A stretch of 64,000 bases of DNA from IMG/VR virus record IMGVR_UViG_3300027822_000001, positions 28,596 through 92,595 of that record, one strand, 5' to 3'. The translations under genes were made by a program, and so were the position numbers. This stretch comes from a virus. Every line of letters starts with the position of its first letter. Positions within the stretch are counted from its first letter, which is position 1. A model generated the notes under the pieces. The model was not told the origin of the DNA, did no database searches, and was given only the letters and a program-made list of their open reading frames with translations. Shown here in pieces: positions 20,934 to 31,101 of this stretch.

Positions 20934-23209
20934 TAATCATTTATATATGGTTTGGCTTCTATTGTTAATACTTCAGTGTATATAACAGAAGCTTCTTCCA
21001 TTGAAAGTCTTAAAAGAGAAGCTGCCATTTTACTCTTATTTTTGTCTGTTTCTAACATTATCTCATCATGTATATGATTAACTGGTTTTATTGTAGATAC
21101 CAAATCTATTCCTTTATCTTCTAATTTTTCCATCAATAAACATTCTGCTGTTTTAGTCATGTCAGCTGCAGTTCCTTGTATTCCTGTATTCATAGCTGCT
21201 CTTTCCATATCTCCTTTCAACGAACTTGTTCTTCTATTTAGTTGATATAAATCTGAGCCTTTTTCTTTTATTCTCTTATAAAACATACTGACTCCTTCTC
21301 TGCTAAATTGTTTTGTAAATTCTTTCTTTCTTCTGTCAAGTTCATTCATTCCTTGTCTATACTCTTTCCAATCTGGAAGCCATCTTCTTCGATTTGTTAT
21401 GTTATTTACTATAATAAATCCATGTTTGATAACTTTCTTTTTTTCTTCATCAAAGTAAATTTTTAATTCTGGAAAACCTTTCCAAAAACCATTCAATAAA
21501 TCATTAGCATCTTCTAAGCTTATTCCTTGGGAATCTTTTAAATTATAAGCACTTCCTCCAAATGAAATAAAAAAGTTTAAAACTTTTCCCTTTTGACGAA
21601 GAGAACAACTTATTCTATCATCTTCTACTTCATTAGTATCTTCATAAAAAGCATATAGCTTTTTATTAATCTCTTTTAAAGATGCTTTTGATATATCTAT
21701 AGGATATAAGTTACTCAGCATTTGCTTTGCAGTTTCTTCATCATTTTGAACTTCAACAGCTAAGCTATACTTTTTTACTATTATATCTCTATGTTCTTTG
21801 ATTGAGTATACTCTACTAGCAACCATACTATGACTGTCTCCATCTCCATTTTTAAAGAATTCTACAAAAGCTTTATCTTCAGATTTATCAGCCATCACTT
21901 GACTTTCCTGACCGGAGTAATCAGCCCCTACTATATCAGTATCTTCTTGAGACCTAAATAGCATCCTCCACTCAAGTCCTCCAGGTATCTGTGCTAAGTT
22001 CGGTTTCTTTAAAGCAACTCTACCTGTCTCTAATACTTGATTTACAGAACAGTGTATTCTATTAGTTCTTAAATTAATATGCTCCTTGTATTTTATACCA
22101 TAAGAGCTAATAAGTTTTGATATTTTCTTATATTTTATAAATTTAGATACTAAAGAGTATTGTTTATAGGCAGGTTTATCTAATTCTTTTATACCGATAG
22201 TTTCTTTACCATACTTATCTTTTATTGTTTTACCTACAGTTTTAAATATAATAGGTTTTATTTGTTTTTGAGAGTTCCAATTAAGTCTTTTACTGTCTTT
22301 TCCTTTATTTAACACTCTCACATCTTCTTCAAATAATGATTTTTGTATTACTTTTTTGACATTAAAAGGAATCTCTCTATATCCTTTTAACTCTTCAAAT
22401 TCGGCAATAGCTTGCTTATTTAAACTTAGTTCAATATCGTATCTTCTTTCTATATTTTTATCGTAAAGTTTTAACATTTCTGGAAGGTCAATAAATATAC
22501 CATTATACATCATATCGGCAAAATATAAAGATACTTTATTTTCTAACACAGTTACACTTAATTCATGCCTATTTGCTAAATCTTTTATTCTATCAGTTAA
22601 ACTATAATTTTTGTGAATTAAATTAAAAGTTAAAAGCTTTTCAATAAGTTTTTCATATATATCAAATAGTTCAACATCTCTTGCAGCATATTTTATCTGA
22701 CTTAGAGAGTAATTATTTCCATATAGAAAACTAGATTGTTCTGATTTTGGTATACTTATATCTAAATATTCTTTATATAGACCAGCTAAACTTGTTATAA
22801 AAGCTCTTCCATAATCGGTATATACAAATCTGTCTTTTCTTCCTTGTCTTAAAACTTTAGCACTAATAAGTAAATCAAATGTGTTATTTATTACAAGTCC
22901 AATACTTCTAAGCATATTTCTTTCAAAATATACATTAGCTACTATCTTTTCTATTTTTTTACTACTTAAGATATCTCCTAATTTATCAATATCACAAGTT
23001 GTAGCATCAAATACATATTGATTTTCTTTAGTGCCTAATTGTATTAATCTTACTTGATTAGGCTTAGTAAAGTCTAATCCAAAAGTTTCAGTATCTTCGC
23101 ATATGATAGCTTCTCTATTAATATCTTCTATTGCTTTATCTATAGAAAGTGGAGATATGCTACCATCGTTGTCTATAATTCTTCTTATATCTCCTACAAA
23201 ATAAATCAT
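20921..23209 (-). CDS. polA: DNA polymerase family A with 3'-5' exonuclease
   Basis: ExoI DTET, ExoIII YAARD, TGR..PNLAQIP, motif A DYSGQE, motif B RQKGKVLNF, IQGTAAD, motif C HDEI. Confidence 0.96.
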   Translation of the reverse strand: MIYFVGDIRRIIDNDGSISPLSIDKAIEDINREAIICEDTETFGLDFTKPNQVRLIQLGTKENQYVFDATTCDIDKLGDILSSKKIEKIVANVYFERNMLRSIGLVINNTFDLLISAKVLRQGRKDRFVYTDYGRAFITSLAGLYKEYLDISIPKSEQSSFLYGNNYSLSQIKYAARDVELFDIYEKLIEKLLTFNLIHKNYSLTDRIKDLANRHELSVTVLENKVSLYFADMMYNGIFIDLPEMLKLYDKNIERRYDIELSLNKQAIAEFEELKGYREIPFNVKKVIQKSLFEEDVRVLNKGKDSKRLNWNSQKQIKPIIFKTVGKTIKDKYGKETIGIKELDKPAYKQYSLVSKFIKYKKISKLISSYGIKYKEHINLRTNRIHCSVNQVLETGRVALKKPNLAQIPGGLEWRMLFRSQEDTDIVGADYSGQESQVMADKSEDKAFVEFFKNGDGDSHSMVASRVYSIKEHRDIIVKKYSLAVEVQNDEETAKQMLSNLYPIDISKASLKEINKKLYAFYEDTNEVEDDRISCSLRQKGKVLNFFISFGGSAYNLKDSQGISLEDANDLLNGFWKGFPELKIYFDEEKKKVIKHGFIIVNNITNRRRWLPDWKEYRQGMNELDRRKKEFTKQFSREGVSMFYKRIKEKGSDLYQLNRRTSSLKGDMERAAMNTGIQGTAADMTKTAECLLMEKLEDKGIDLVSTIKPVNHIHDEIMLETDKNKSKMAASLLRLSMEEASVIYTEVLTIEAKPYINDYWIH

Positions 23210-23649
23210 TTTACTTTGTCATACTTTACTACCATCATTACTTCACTAAGACTAGCTAAAGTTAATAAGCTACTCATACTTTTTCCTCTTACTAGAACTT
23301 TTGTAGCTCCATTAAAGTTTTCACTTAAAACATGAGTTACAATAACTAAATCTCCTATTTCCACTTCAATATTATAATTATCAGTTCTTTCTCCAGCAAG
23401 TATTACTTCATACACTGCTTCTTCTTTACTATTATAGTTAGGACTTCCAGGAACTATAATTTTATTTGTTTTTGGATATAATCTTACTTTCTCTAAAAGA
23501 AGCATATTACTTTTAAGCTTAACTATATTTAAAATTACTTCTTTCTCAACTAGTCTGTTCTTTTCGGCAATTTCTTCAATTTCATCTATTGATGTAGACT
23601 TTAAAGCATTTTCATACTTTGTAGCCATATTCTTAGGTTTACTAGACAT
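23206..23649 (-). CDS. GroES/Cpn10-like co-chaperonin
   Basis: NMLLLE...KIIVP...EVILAG...EVEIGDLVI pattern matches the GroES beta-barrel. Confidence 0.6.
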   Translation of the reverse strand: MSSKPKNMATKYENALKSTSIDEIEEIAEKNRLVEKEVILNIVKLKSNMLLLEKVRLYPKTNKIIVPGSPNYNSKEEAVYEVILAGERTDNYNIEVEIGDLVIVTHVLSENFNGATKVLVRGKSMSSLLTLASLSEVMMVVKYDKVK

Positions 23650-23673
23650 ATAATACTAGTTTTATTGTTAATA

Positions 23674-25938
23674 TTATCCACATTTGTCATAGCCGCATGA
23701 TTTACATACTGTACAGCCATTTTCTATAACTAAGGGAGCTCCACACTTTGGGCACTCTTCATTAGTTTCTCTTACTCCAGTATACTGTCCTAAAACTCTT
23801 TTTATAACATTTTCAAAAGTTCCTACAATCATTGTTACTTTATCAAAACTTTTTAATATATCTTTAACTTCTACTCCATTACTTAAAAGCGTAGAAATAA
23901 GTCTTGTAAATACTTCTTCAGTTCCAGAACTATAATGACTTATAATATCATTTATGATGAGTTCTGTGCTTATTAAGTTATATATAGATTGTTTATTACC
24001 CTTTATTTTTTCTAATTTGGCATTTGTTATTTTCTTTAAAACTATTCCTTTAACTTTAAGTGCAAATAGTTCATAAGGTTTGTCATCAATCAAACCTACC
24101 AATACTACCCAGTCTTTACCGTCGATTTTTACATTATGTACCTCACACATGAGAAGCGTAGGTCTATTCTTTGCGGTCGCCAAATCTGTACTGCCAAATT
24201 TCTTTAATATACCTTCCCTCGAGCCGTCACGATACAAGGTGAATCCCTTTAGTTTCTTATCATAAGCATACCTAACTAGCTTATGTACTTCTTCTAGAGG
24301 AAAGTTTCTCTTTACATTATGAGTAACACTTATTGATTGGTCTGTATGTTTTTGAAGAGTAGCTTGTAAATCTATTTTATCATAAACATCAATCTCTTCT
24401 GCTGTATTTTTATAATATGGACTTTTATCTACATGTTCCATAGGATTATCATTATAGCCAGCAATCTTAGCCCACTCTAAGAAAGGTGGATGATAAGTCT
24501 CAAACTCTACCCAACCTTCTCCATTTTTATCAGTCTTAAATATAGTATCTTCTGTTGTTGCTCTTCTTCTTCTCTTAAAATGAAGTGCAAAAGCAGGTTC
24601 CATACCACTAGTTACTCCAGCTATCATACTTCCAGTACCAACAGGTGCTACTGTTAAAAATCCAATGTTAGCGGGAACTTTATTCTTATACTCAGAGCCT
24701 AATACTTTTAAAGTATCTTTCATAAATTTATGATTCATGAAAGCTTTTCTATTTCTGGCTATCTTTAATATTGGAGCTTCAATATCTAAATCAAGTGATG
24801 TTTTAATAACTTCTACTTTTATAATTCTTGAAATCTTATCTACTATATCTCTATTTCCATAAGATAAGTTTAAAGCAGCTAAGAAGTCTCCAATGCCTGT
24901 CTTTCCTATTCCTATTCTTCTTCCTTCTCTTAAGATAGCCTTTATTTTAGTCCATAATTCAGTCTCTACTCCAGGTTCGCTTACTTTCAATATTTTATCT
25001 AAATGTTTTAATTCTTCCTCTACCACTGTATTCATAAATTTAGTAAGAACTTCGGTATCTCTTTTTATTAAACCAACATCTATTCTAGCATTAGAAGTAA
25101 ATTTATTCTCTACATAAGAATACCAATTGAGATGAGCTAATAAACAACTTCCATAAGGATTAAGAGGTATTTCGCCACAAGGATTAGTTCCTGTTGTACT
25201 AAACTTGTGTACTTTCATAGCATCTATAGGGTTGTCAAGAACAGTATCCCAAAATAGCAATCCTGGTTCTGCATTCTTCCACATATTCATAATAGCTTTC
25301 TTTCTTAATGTGCTGTGTTCAGACAGAAAAAAATCTTCATCTACTTTTAATGATATGTTTGCTCCAGTTATACTAATAGTATCTGTCTTAGCATCTACAA
25401 AATGTGTTGCATCTTTATGTTTGTAGGAAAGAGCTAACATTAAAGCTCCTCTTCTACCCTCTTGTGACACTTCTAATGTTGTATTAGAGTATCTTTTCAT
25501 AAAAGGAACTAGTCCAGTTGAGGTAGAAGCAGCATTATTTATAACGCTTCCTCTAGGCCTTATGTTATCTAAAGAAGTTCCTACTCCTCCTCGTCTCTTC
25601 ATGATATCTACTAGCATATTATCAATTTTGCAAATGCTATCGTAGTTATCTTCTGGAGATGGAATTACATAGCAATTAGATAATGATGTTAGTAGGGCAG
25701 TCCCATAAGAAGCTGTTATACTTCCACCAAGAACAACTCTTTTGTTTACAAGCATTGAATGTAAATGAGCTATATCATCCTCAGACATTATAGTATTCTT
25801 GTATCTTTTAACTTTTGCTGTTATTCTGTTAATTATATCTAAATAACTATTTTCTATATATTTACCATCCTTTTTCAAAGCATACTTTCCTCTTAATGTC
25901 TTTCCAAAGGCTTCTCCAAATTCTTGTTCAAATGTCAT
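23674..25938 (-). CDS. nrdJ: Class II (adenosylcobalamin-dependent) ribonucleotide reductase
   Basis: SNCYV, GGVG, RRGALM, TNPCGE, TVAPVGT, DQSISVT, YRDGSR, C-terminal CPKC...CKSC Zn ribbon; no R2 gene seen in the window. Confidence 0.93.
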   Translation of the reverse strand: MTFEQEFGEAFGKTLRGKYALKKDGKYIENSYLDIINRITAKVKRYKNTIMSEDDIAHLHSMLVNKRVVLGGSITASYGTALLTSLSNCYVIPSPEDNYDSICKIDNMLVDIMKRRGGVGTSLDNIRPRGSVINNAASTSTGLVPFMKRYSNTTLEVSQEGRRGALMLALSYKHKDATHFVDAKTDTISITGANISLKVDEDFFLSEHSTLRKKAIMNMWKNAEPGLLFWDTVLDNPIDAMKVHKFSTTGTNPCGEIPLNPYGSCLLAHLNWYSYVENKFTSNARIDVGLIKRDTEVLTKFMNTVVEEELKHLDKILKVSEPGVETELWTKIKAILREGRRIGIGKTGIGDFLAALNLSYGNRDIVDKISRIIKVEVIKTSLDLDIEAPILKIARNRKAFMNHKFMKDTLKVLGSEYKNKVPANIGFLTVAPVGTGSMIAGVTSGMEPAFALHFKRRRRATTEDTIFKTDKNGEGWVEFETYHPPFLEWAKIAGYNDNPMEHVDKSPYYKNTAEEIDVYDKIDLQATLQKHTDQSISVTHNVKRNFPLEEVHKLVRYAYDKKLKGFTLYRDGSREGILKKFGSTDLATAKNRPTLLMCEVHNVKIDGKDWVVLVGLIDDKPYELFALKVKGIVLKKITNAKLEKIKGNKQSIYNLISTELIINDIISHYSSGTEEVFTRLISTLLSNGVEVKDILKSFDKVTMIVGTFENVIKRVLGQYTGVRETNEECPKCGAPLVIENGCTVCKSCGYDKCG

Positions 25939-26630
25939 TTTTTATTAAATAATAAATAAGGTTTCTTATTAAGCTGAGTCATTTCAACAGCTTCTTCTAC
26001 TTTAGACATGTTCTTAGCCAGTATAAAATAATACTGTAAAAGCATAGCCTCATCATAAGAATCATCTAATCCATTATGCTTTTCAGAATAATCTAAAGTA
26101 TTAAAAGCATATTTATAGAAAGCTTCAACTGTAGTCTTAACTTTTCCTGTTTTAGTTGTAAATCCATTCTTTCTACAAAAGCAGTCATAGCAAGGCTTTT
26201 GACTTTCTACTAAAGCTGCTAATATAGCAATATCTAAAACAGGCATTATTTTTCTTATAATGTGATTACTAAGAGGTTTTTTGGCATGAGTATACTTTGA
26301 AAAAGTATAGCTTAATGCTCTAACGTCAAAGTTTACATTAAAAGCAGAAAACATATCATAGTTATTAAAGAGTTCTTCTTTAAATATCTCTTTAAACTCA
26401 GAGACAGTAACTACACGTGCTTTACCTTGTATAATTCTTTCTTCTAGTATATCTTTATTTTGATTATAAAAATAGGCTTTCTTGAACATTGGACTATTAT
26501 ATACATCTGATATTATATAATCCTTACTTTTTATGTCTCCTGTTTCAGTATCTAAAATTGACAGTCCTGCTTCATATATGTCAGCATTCTTTAAATCTAT
26601 TGTTTCAGTATCTATAACTAATATTCTCAT
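25935..26630 (-). CDS. DEDDh 3'-5' exonuclease (DnaQ-like)
   Basis: IDTET, AFNVNFD, HNGLDD. Confidence 0.85.
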   Translation of the reverse strand: MRILVIDTETIDLKNADIYEAGLSILDTETGDIKSKDYIISDVYNSPMFKKAYFYNQNKDILEERIIQGKARVVTVSEFKEIFKEELFNNYDMFSAFNVNFDVRALSYTFSKYTHAKKPLSNHIIRKIMPVLDIAILAALVESQKPCYDCFCRKNGFTTKTGKVKTTVEAFYKYAFNTLDYSEKHNGLDDSYDEAMLLQYYFILAKNMSKVEEAVEMTQLNKKPYLLFNKK

Positions 26631-26833
26631 ACTATTAAATTATAACTATCTCCAATACCTCTTAAAACTTTAGCAAGATGTAGTGCAAGATTAGCTTTAC
26701 CCTCATCACACATGCCTTCTAATATCTCCATTTGTTTATCTTTAGGGCAGTCTTCAAAAACAGTAAGTTGTCTTTTCTCTTCATCTTCAAATTTATAGAA
26801 GTAAAATACTCCCGATAAGTTTCTCCTATGCAT
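26627..26833 (-). CDS. hypothetical protein
   Basis: 68-aa ORF with coupled overlaps. Confidence 0.65.
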   Translation of the reverse strand: MHRRNLSGVFYFYKFEDEEKRQLTVFEDCPKDKQMEILEGMCDEGKANLALHLAKVLRGIGDSYNLIV

Positions 26834-27434
26834 ATAATTTATATTTGAAGTTATTAAAACTTTCTATACTTTTAAAACTCTTATATTTCTTTTCATCGTT
26901 TTCTATATAAGATATTAAAAGCATGTGTCTATTATCTTTCGTATTATCTACTTTTGAGGATATATGAATCCAACTTGGATTATCAATATCTCCAAATTCC
27001 CATATAAGTTGGTCAAAATCTAAGTTTTCAACAACAAAATAGAACATTTCAGAATTAGTTACTCTTCCATAAGTATCATCTATATCCATTGCCTCACACT
27101 TTACATGTTGAGACCTATAAGAACCGCCAACTTTGATATTTAAAAATAGACATCTATACATGGAGTTTATCTTAATCATGACTCCAAAGTTATCTCTTAT
27201 AGGCTCAAATAGGAGTAGTCCTAATTTTTTTAATTTAGTAAATTGAGCTTTTGAAGGGCGATTATCTATTCCTAACCTTTTAGCCTTATATGAGTAATAA
27301 CATTCTTTTATAGATATGTGTGGTGTTAACATACCTTTTCTTAGCATTTTCTTTTCATTTAAATTGTTATATTGTTTATTATTAATTAGCATTATTAGTG
27401 CTTCCTCTAACGTTTTAGGCAACTTATCTTTCAT
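26826..27434 (-). CDS. Peptidase M15 family Zn-dependent cell-wall peptidase (endolysin-like)
   Basis: INSMYRC..LN..VGG..SQH...EAMD, FDQLIWE, WIHIS. Confidence 0.9.
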   Translation of the reverse strand: MKDKLPKTLEEALIMLINNKQYNNLNEKKMLRKGMLTPHISIKECYYSYKAKRLGIDNRPSKAQFTKLKKLGLLLFEPIRDNFGVMIKINSMYRCLFLNIKVGGSYRSQHVKCEAMDIDDTYGRVTNSEMFYFVVENLDFDQLIWEFGDIDNPSWIHISSKVDNTKDNRHMLLISYIENDEKKYKSFKSIESFNNFKYKLYA

Positions 27435-27571
27435 TTTTCTGTATTTTTTAAAAAGTTAAAAATTCGTACTTTTTGTAAATTAAAAAAGCATCCTGATTTA
27501 TAGTAGCGGGATAGCATCAAAAACCGGTAAAAGTCCAAAAAATCAACTTTAAATAGAAAATTCGACAATTT

Positions 27572-27805
27572 TTAGTGCTTAAAAATAATTTCTGTATCAA
27601 ATTTCCACCCTGTTTCTTGTTCTACTTCAACTAGCCATCTAGAAAGACGTAACTCTAAATTAATTAAATGTGTAGAAGTTTTATCTTTTATTGGAATATC
27701 TTTTGTAGCTTTTAACTTTATAGCAACAGTATAGTTCTTATTTTCTATCGGTTCTATATCTATTAACTTAGGTTGTTCCATCTGCAATTTTTTTAAAGTC
27801 TTCAA
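27572..27805 (-). CDS. hypothetical protein
   Basis: 77-aa ORF. Confidence 0.5.
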   Translation of the reverse strand: MKTLKKLQMEQPKLIDIEPIENKNYTVAIKLKATKDIPIKDKTSTHLINLELRLSRWLVEVEQETGWKFDTEIIFKH

Positions 27806-28478
27806 AAGCTTTTAATATTAAGTTCTCTTCTTCAACTGCTAAAATAGTAGCTCTTTTGAAAAACTTTAAAGCTAAATTGTAATTGCCATCACATATGTCT
27901 AAATATTCTGTTTTAAATACTTTTTTATACCTTTCTATTCTCGCATACTTCTCTTTAACGAAATTAATTTTATCTTGAACTTCTGTAACTATTAAAGCTC
28001 TTTTTTTAGTATATTCATCATATACTTTTTTATTCTCTTTATATACGCTTAAATTTTTACTATAACTAGTAATTAAATGTTTTACTTTTTTATAAGCTTC
28101 TTTTTTTAAAACTTTAGTTTCTGTTATACTACTTAATTTTTCTTCATAATAGCTATCAGATTCAGTTACTATTTTAAGCTCTTCATTTTGACTAACGCCT
28201 GCCTTATCTGCATTTTTTGTAAGAGTTAATATTTTCTCTAATTCTTCTTTATTTCTAAAATACATATAAGATAAAGAATAATTAGAATATAAAGTAGTTG
28301 TTTCTAAGTTGTTTAAAGCTGCTGGTTTAATTGGTTCAATTGGCTCATCTATTTTCTCTATTCCAGCTTTTAATTCTTTTATTTTTATAACTTTTTTTAT
28401 TTCTTCTTCTGATAGTTTAAGTATAACTTCTTCTTTAAAAGAGTCGAAGTTAAATAAATCTAACTTCTTTTTAGTCAT
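27768..28478 (-). CDS. hypothetical protein
   Basis: 236-aa helical ORF. Confidence 0.75.
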   Translation of the reverse strand: MTKKKLDLFNFDSFKEEVILKLSEEEIKKVIKIKELKAGIEKIDEPIEPIKPAALNNLETTTLYSNYSLSYMYFRNKEELEKILTLTKNADKAGVSQNEELKIVTESDSYYEEKLSSITETKVLKKEAYKKVKHLITSYSKNLSVYKENKKVYDEYTKKRALIVTEVQDKINFVKEKYARIERYKKVFKTEYLDICDGNYNLALKFFKRATILAVEEENLILKAFEDFKKIADGTT

Positions 28479-29047
28479 CGTTTCAATATTGTTATTTCTT
28501 CGGTAGTAGTTTCTCCACTACATTTATTAATTGTATTAACATGAGTTTCTTTATGTCCAAAAGGAAAGAAAGTTCTATTTCCTTTATTTCCAACCCTTTT
28601 CCACCAGTAAACACTAGCAGAACGGTAATCTACCATTAGTGTATCAAATGTTATGCTATCAGCAAGTACTAATCCACTTACATGTACACAACTATCTGGC
28701 TTATAATTAAATCTTCTGATAGAATCTCCTGCCATTACTATAGTTGTGTCATAATCATATTTATAATGATTATTTATAACTCTAGTAACATTTTTTACTT
28801 TTATATTATTTGCTTTAATTACCTCTTTGAGTAAGCTATCATTCTTTAAAACATACTGTCTAAATTCATCTTTAGATACTGTATAACTTTTATCATTAGT
28901 ACTTTTTATAAGCTCAGTTATTGTATGCTCCATCTCCTTATTACTACTAAGTAATGTTGCAAATTTAGATAAAAACCCTACTATCATAAGTATTACAGCA
29001 ATTATAACTAATATAGTTACTAAATACTTTTCTATTTTATTAAACAT
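28475..29047 (-). CDS. membrane-anchored protein, putative spanin-like lysis component
   Basis: N-terminal TM helix, short coiled coil, beta-rich C-terminal part with two Cys; near the M15 peptidase. Confidence 0.5.
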   Translation of the reverse strand: MFNKIEKYLVTILVIIAVILMIVGFLSKFATLLSSNKEMEHTITELIKSTNDKSYTVSKDEFRQYVLKNDSLLKEVIKANNIKVKNVTRVINNHYKYDYDTTIVMAGDSIRRFNYKPDSCVHVSGLVLADSITFDTLMVDYRSASVYWWKRVGNKGNRTFFPFGHKETHVNTINKCSGETTTEEITILKR

Positions 29048-29049
29048 AA

Positions 29050-29364
29050 TTAGAACTTAGGAGTGTATTTCTTTTTAATCTCTGCTTTTTTAGCTTCTAC
29101 AAGTACTTTAGTTTCAATTTCTTTTACTTCTTTTACTTGTATGTCATTACTACTTTCTTTAGCATAATTTAGCCACCATTCTTCTTTTTTGAAGTCTTGT
29201 TCAGCAGTAGTTCCATCTTTTAATCCTGCCCTCATTCTATAGAAAAAAGCTGTTATCTCTGCTGCAATTTTCAATGCTTCTTTTCCCCATATTCTCTTAG
29301 CCATCTCTGCAGATTCTACAGAATATTTATTATAGTGTGTTGGATGATTTACAAATGTACCCAT
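29050..29364 (-). CDS. DUF3310 family protein (SaV/T7 gp1.7-like)
   Basis: VNHPTHY...RAGLK...EQDFKKEEWWL. Confidence 0.75.
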   Translation of the reverse strand: MGTFVNHPTHYNKYSVESAEMAKRIWGKEALKIAAEITAFFYRMRAGLKDGTTAEQDFKKEEWWLNYAKESSNDIQVKEVKEIETKVLVEAKKAEIKKKYTPKF

Positions 29365-29367
29365 ATT

Positions 29368-29763
29368 TTATATTGTTATTGTTTTTACTACTCTTGATTT
29401 TAATTTTTCATTTAAAGCTAGAATCATAGCTGGCTTTTCATATCCCCTTATAGACTTATTGTGTTCAAATATATTTATATCATCTTCTTTAAAATATACA
29501 TAGCCGTTTTCTAAGTTTATTTTAGCTCTCAATATCGAAGATTTCATTTTTCTTCTTGTTTTTAGACTCTTTATATAAGATATGGCTTTAATATCAGTAG
29601 AGAACGTTAATATTTCAAATTTTACCATGTAATAAGAACCACCATGCTCTTTTGTTGCTGTAAATCCTTTTAGAGGAGACCAAATTATTCTTTTTCTTTC
29701 TATATAGTAATAAGGACTTTTTACAGTATCTTCTTGTTTTAATATTCTATATTTTGTTTTCAT
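29368..29763 (-). CDS. hypothetical protein
   Basis: 131-aa ORF. Confidence 0.65.
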   Translation of the reverse strand: MKTKYRILKQEDTVKSPYYYIERKRIIWSPLKGFTATKEHGGSYYMVKFEILTFSTDIKAISYIKSLKTRRKMKSSILRAKINLENGYVYFKEDDINIFEHNKSIRGYEKPAMILALNEKLKSRVVKTITI

Positions 29764-30178
29764 CTTTTAATTTTAATATTTTCTTCTTAATATATTTAAG
29801 AGAATCTATTGAAGAATTTATTTTCTTAGCTTTTTTCTTATTTATTAACTTTAAAATCTTATAAATAATAGTATTCATATCTAATATTTGCATTTTTTGA
29901 GCAATTATAGTTGCTTTGAAAAAATCAATATATCCATTTAAGATTAAAATATGCTTTGTTAATTTAACTAAGTTCTCATTTGTTCTTTCTATTTCCTGAT
30001 TTAATTCTTCTGTTTTATCACAATATTTTCGATTCTTTAATATTATATCTTTTACTATATCACCGTTAAATCTACTATTTGTAACTCTTCTAATATCTCT
30101 TAAATAGCTTTCATACAATCTAATTTTAGCAATTGCATCACTCAGTTCATTTCTTAAATACTTTTTAGTTGCCATCAT
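29747..30178 (-). CDS. hypothetical coiled-coil protein
   Basis: 143-aa ORF. Confidence 0.65.
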   Translation of the reverse strand: MMATKKYLRNELSDAIAKIRLYESYLRDIRRVTNSRFNGDIVKDIILKNRKYCDKTEELNQEIERTNENLVKLTKHILILNGYIDFFKATIIAQKMQILDMNTIIYKILKLINKKKAKKINSSIDSLKYIKKKILKLKDENKI

Positions 30179-30428
30179 TGTTTTCTTTTAAATATATTGA
30201 TATTGCTGTTAACCATTGTCCTTCATTTCCAGTAATATGTGTTGCAATTAAATGGTACTTTCTTCCTGCTATTTCTTTCAATATCTTATGGATTTCTGAA
30301 TGAAATTCTGTAAAACCATAATCTTTCTCTAAGCTATTTATTAACCTTTCTGTATATTGCGTAAGACTTTCAATATCTTTGTCTCTTTCTCTAAAATAAT
30401 CAAATATTAGTTTTTTATTAATCTTCAT
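30165..30428 (-). CDS. hypothetical protein
   Basis: 87-aa ORF. Confidence 0.65.
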   Translation of the reverse strand: MKINKKLIFDYFRERDKDIESLTQYTERLINSLEKDYGFTEFHSEIHKILKEIAGRKYHLIATHITGNEGQWLTAISIYLKENNDGN

Positions 30429-30714
30429 TTTGTTGTTCTTCTAGAAATCTAGCATATAATTCAAGCATTTTTATGTGCTTTGTACTATCTTCTATAAATT
30501 CAAATAAGTTTCTAAGTTCCATAGTTACATAATTAGCAGGCTCTTCTGCAAATTCGTTTGGAATTTTTTGCATGAGAAGTAATACTGTAATTTGAAGTTT
30601 AGTATGTTCTATTGTTTGTAATTCACTTTCAATTTCGTCTTCCACTTCCCCTACTGTCTTATAAGTTTCTTTATTTAGAAATAAATCCATAGTGAAGTCT
30701 GTTCCCCATCCCAT
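30418..30714 (-). CDS. hypothetical protein
   Basis: 98-aa ORF beginning MGWGTDF. Confidence 0.7.
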   Translation of the reverse strand: MGWGTDFTMDLFLNKETYKTVGEVEDEIESELQTIEHTKLQITVLLLMQKIPNEFAEEPANYVTMELRNLFEFIEDSTKHIKMLELYARFLEEQQNED

Positions 30715-30720
30715 AATATG

Positions 30721-31101
30721 TTATTTAATATTGTTATTAATTTTTATTCCAGCCATTTCCTGTAAAGCTTCTATTCTTTCATCGTTATTGCTAAACCAAT
30801 AAGCACTTATTTCTGATTTATAATCTTTAAGCTCTGGAAATAATAACGTGGCATTATTATAACATATATTTAAATTGTATATAGATGAAGCTATAGAAGT
30901 TAAAGCTACACATAAACCCTCTTTAAGTTCAAAAGGAACACTATAATGTTTATACTGTAAAGTAAAATTAGCCTCTAACTCTTCAATTAGAGTTCTCTCA
31001 AATGCTCTTAGTATTGCTTTATAAATTTGAACTCTTACTCTTTTCTTTAAAAGCTTAACAGTCTGCCCAGAATTTATTAAAATAGACTTAGTTGTATACA
31101 T
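30721..31101 (-). CDS. hypothetical protein, paralog family A
   Basis: R..IYK.IL ... GLC ... YWF....RIEAL. Confidence 0.7.
   Translation of the reverse strand: MYTTKSILINSGQTVKLLKKRVRVQIYKAILRAFERTLIEELEANFTLQYKHYSVPFELKEGLCVALTSIASSIYNLNICYNNATLLFPELKDYKSEISAYWFSNNDERIEALQEMAGIKINNNIK

Noticed and set aside
20921-23209. DpoZ or 2-aminoadenine genome suggested by the motif B Phe
   Set aside because: The F762-equivalent and the HDE motif C are canonical, and no purZ, datZ or mazZ is seen in the window
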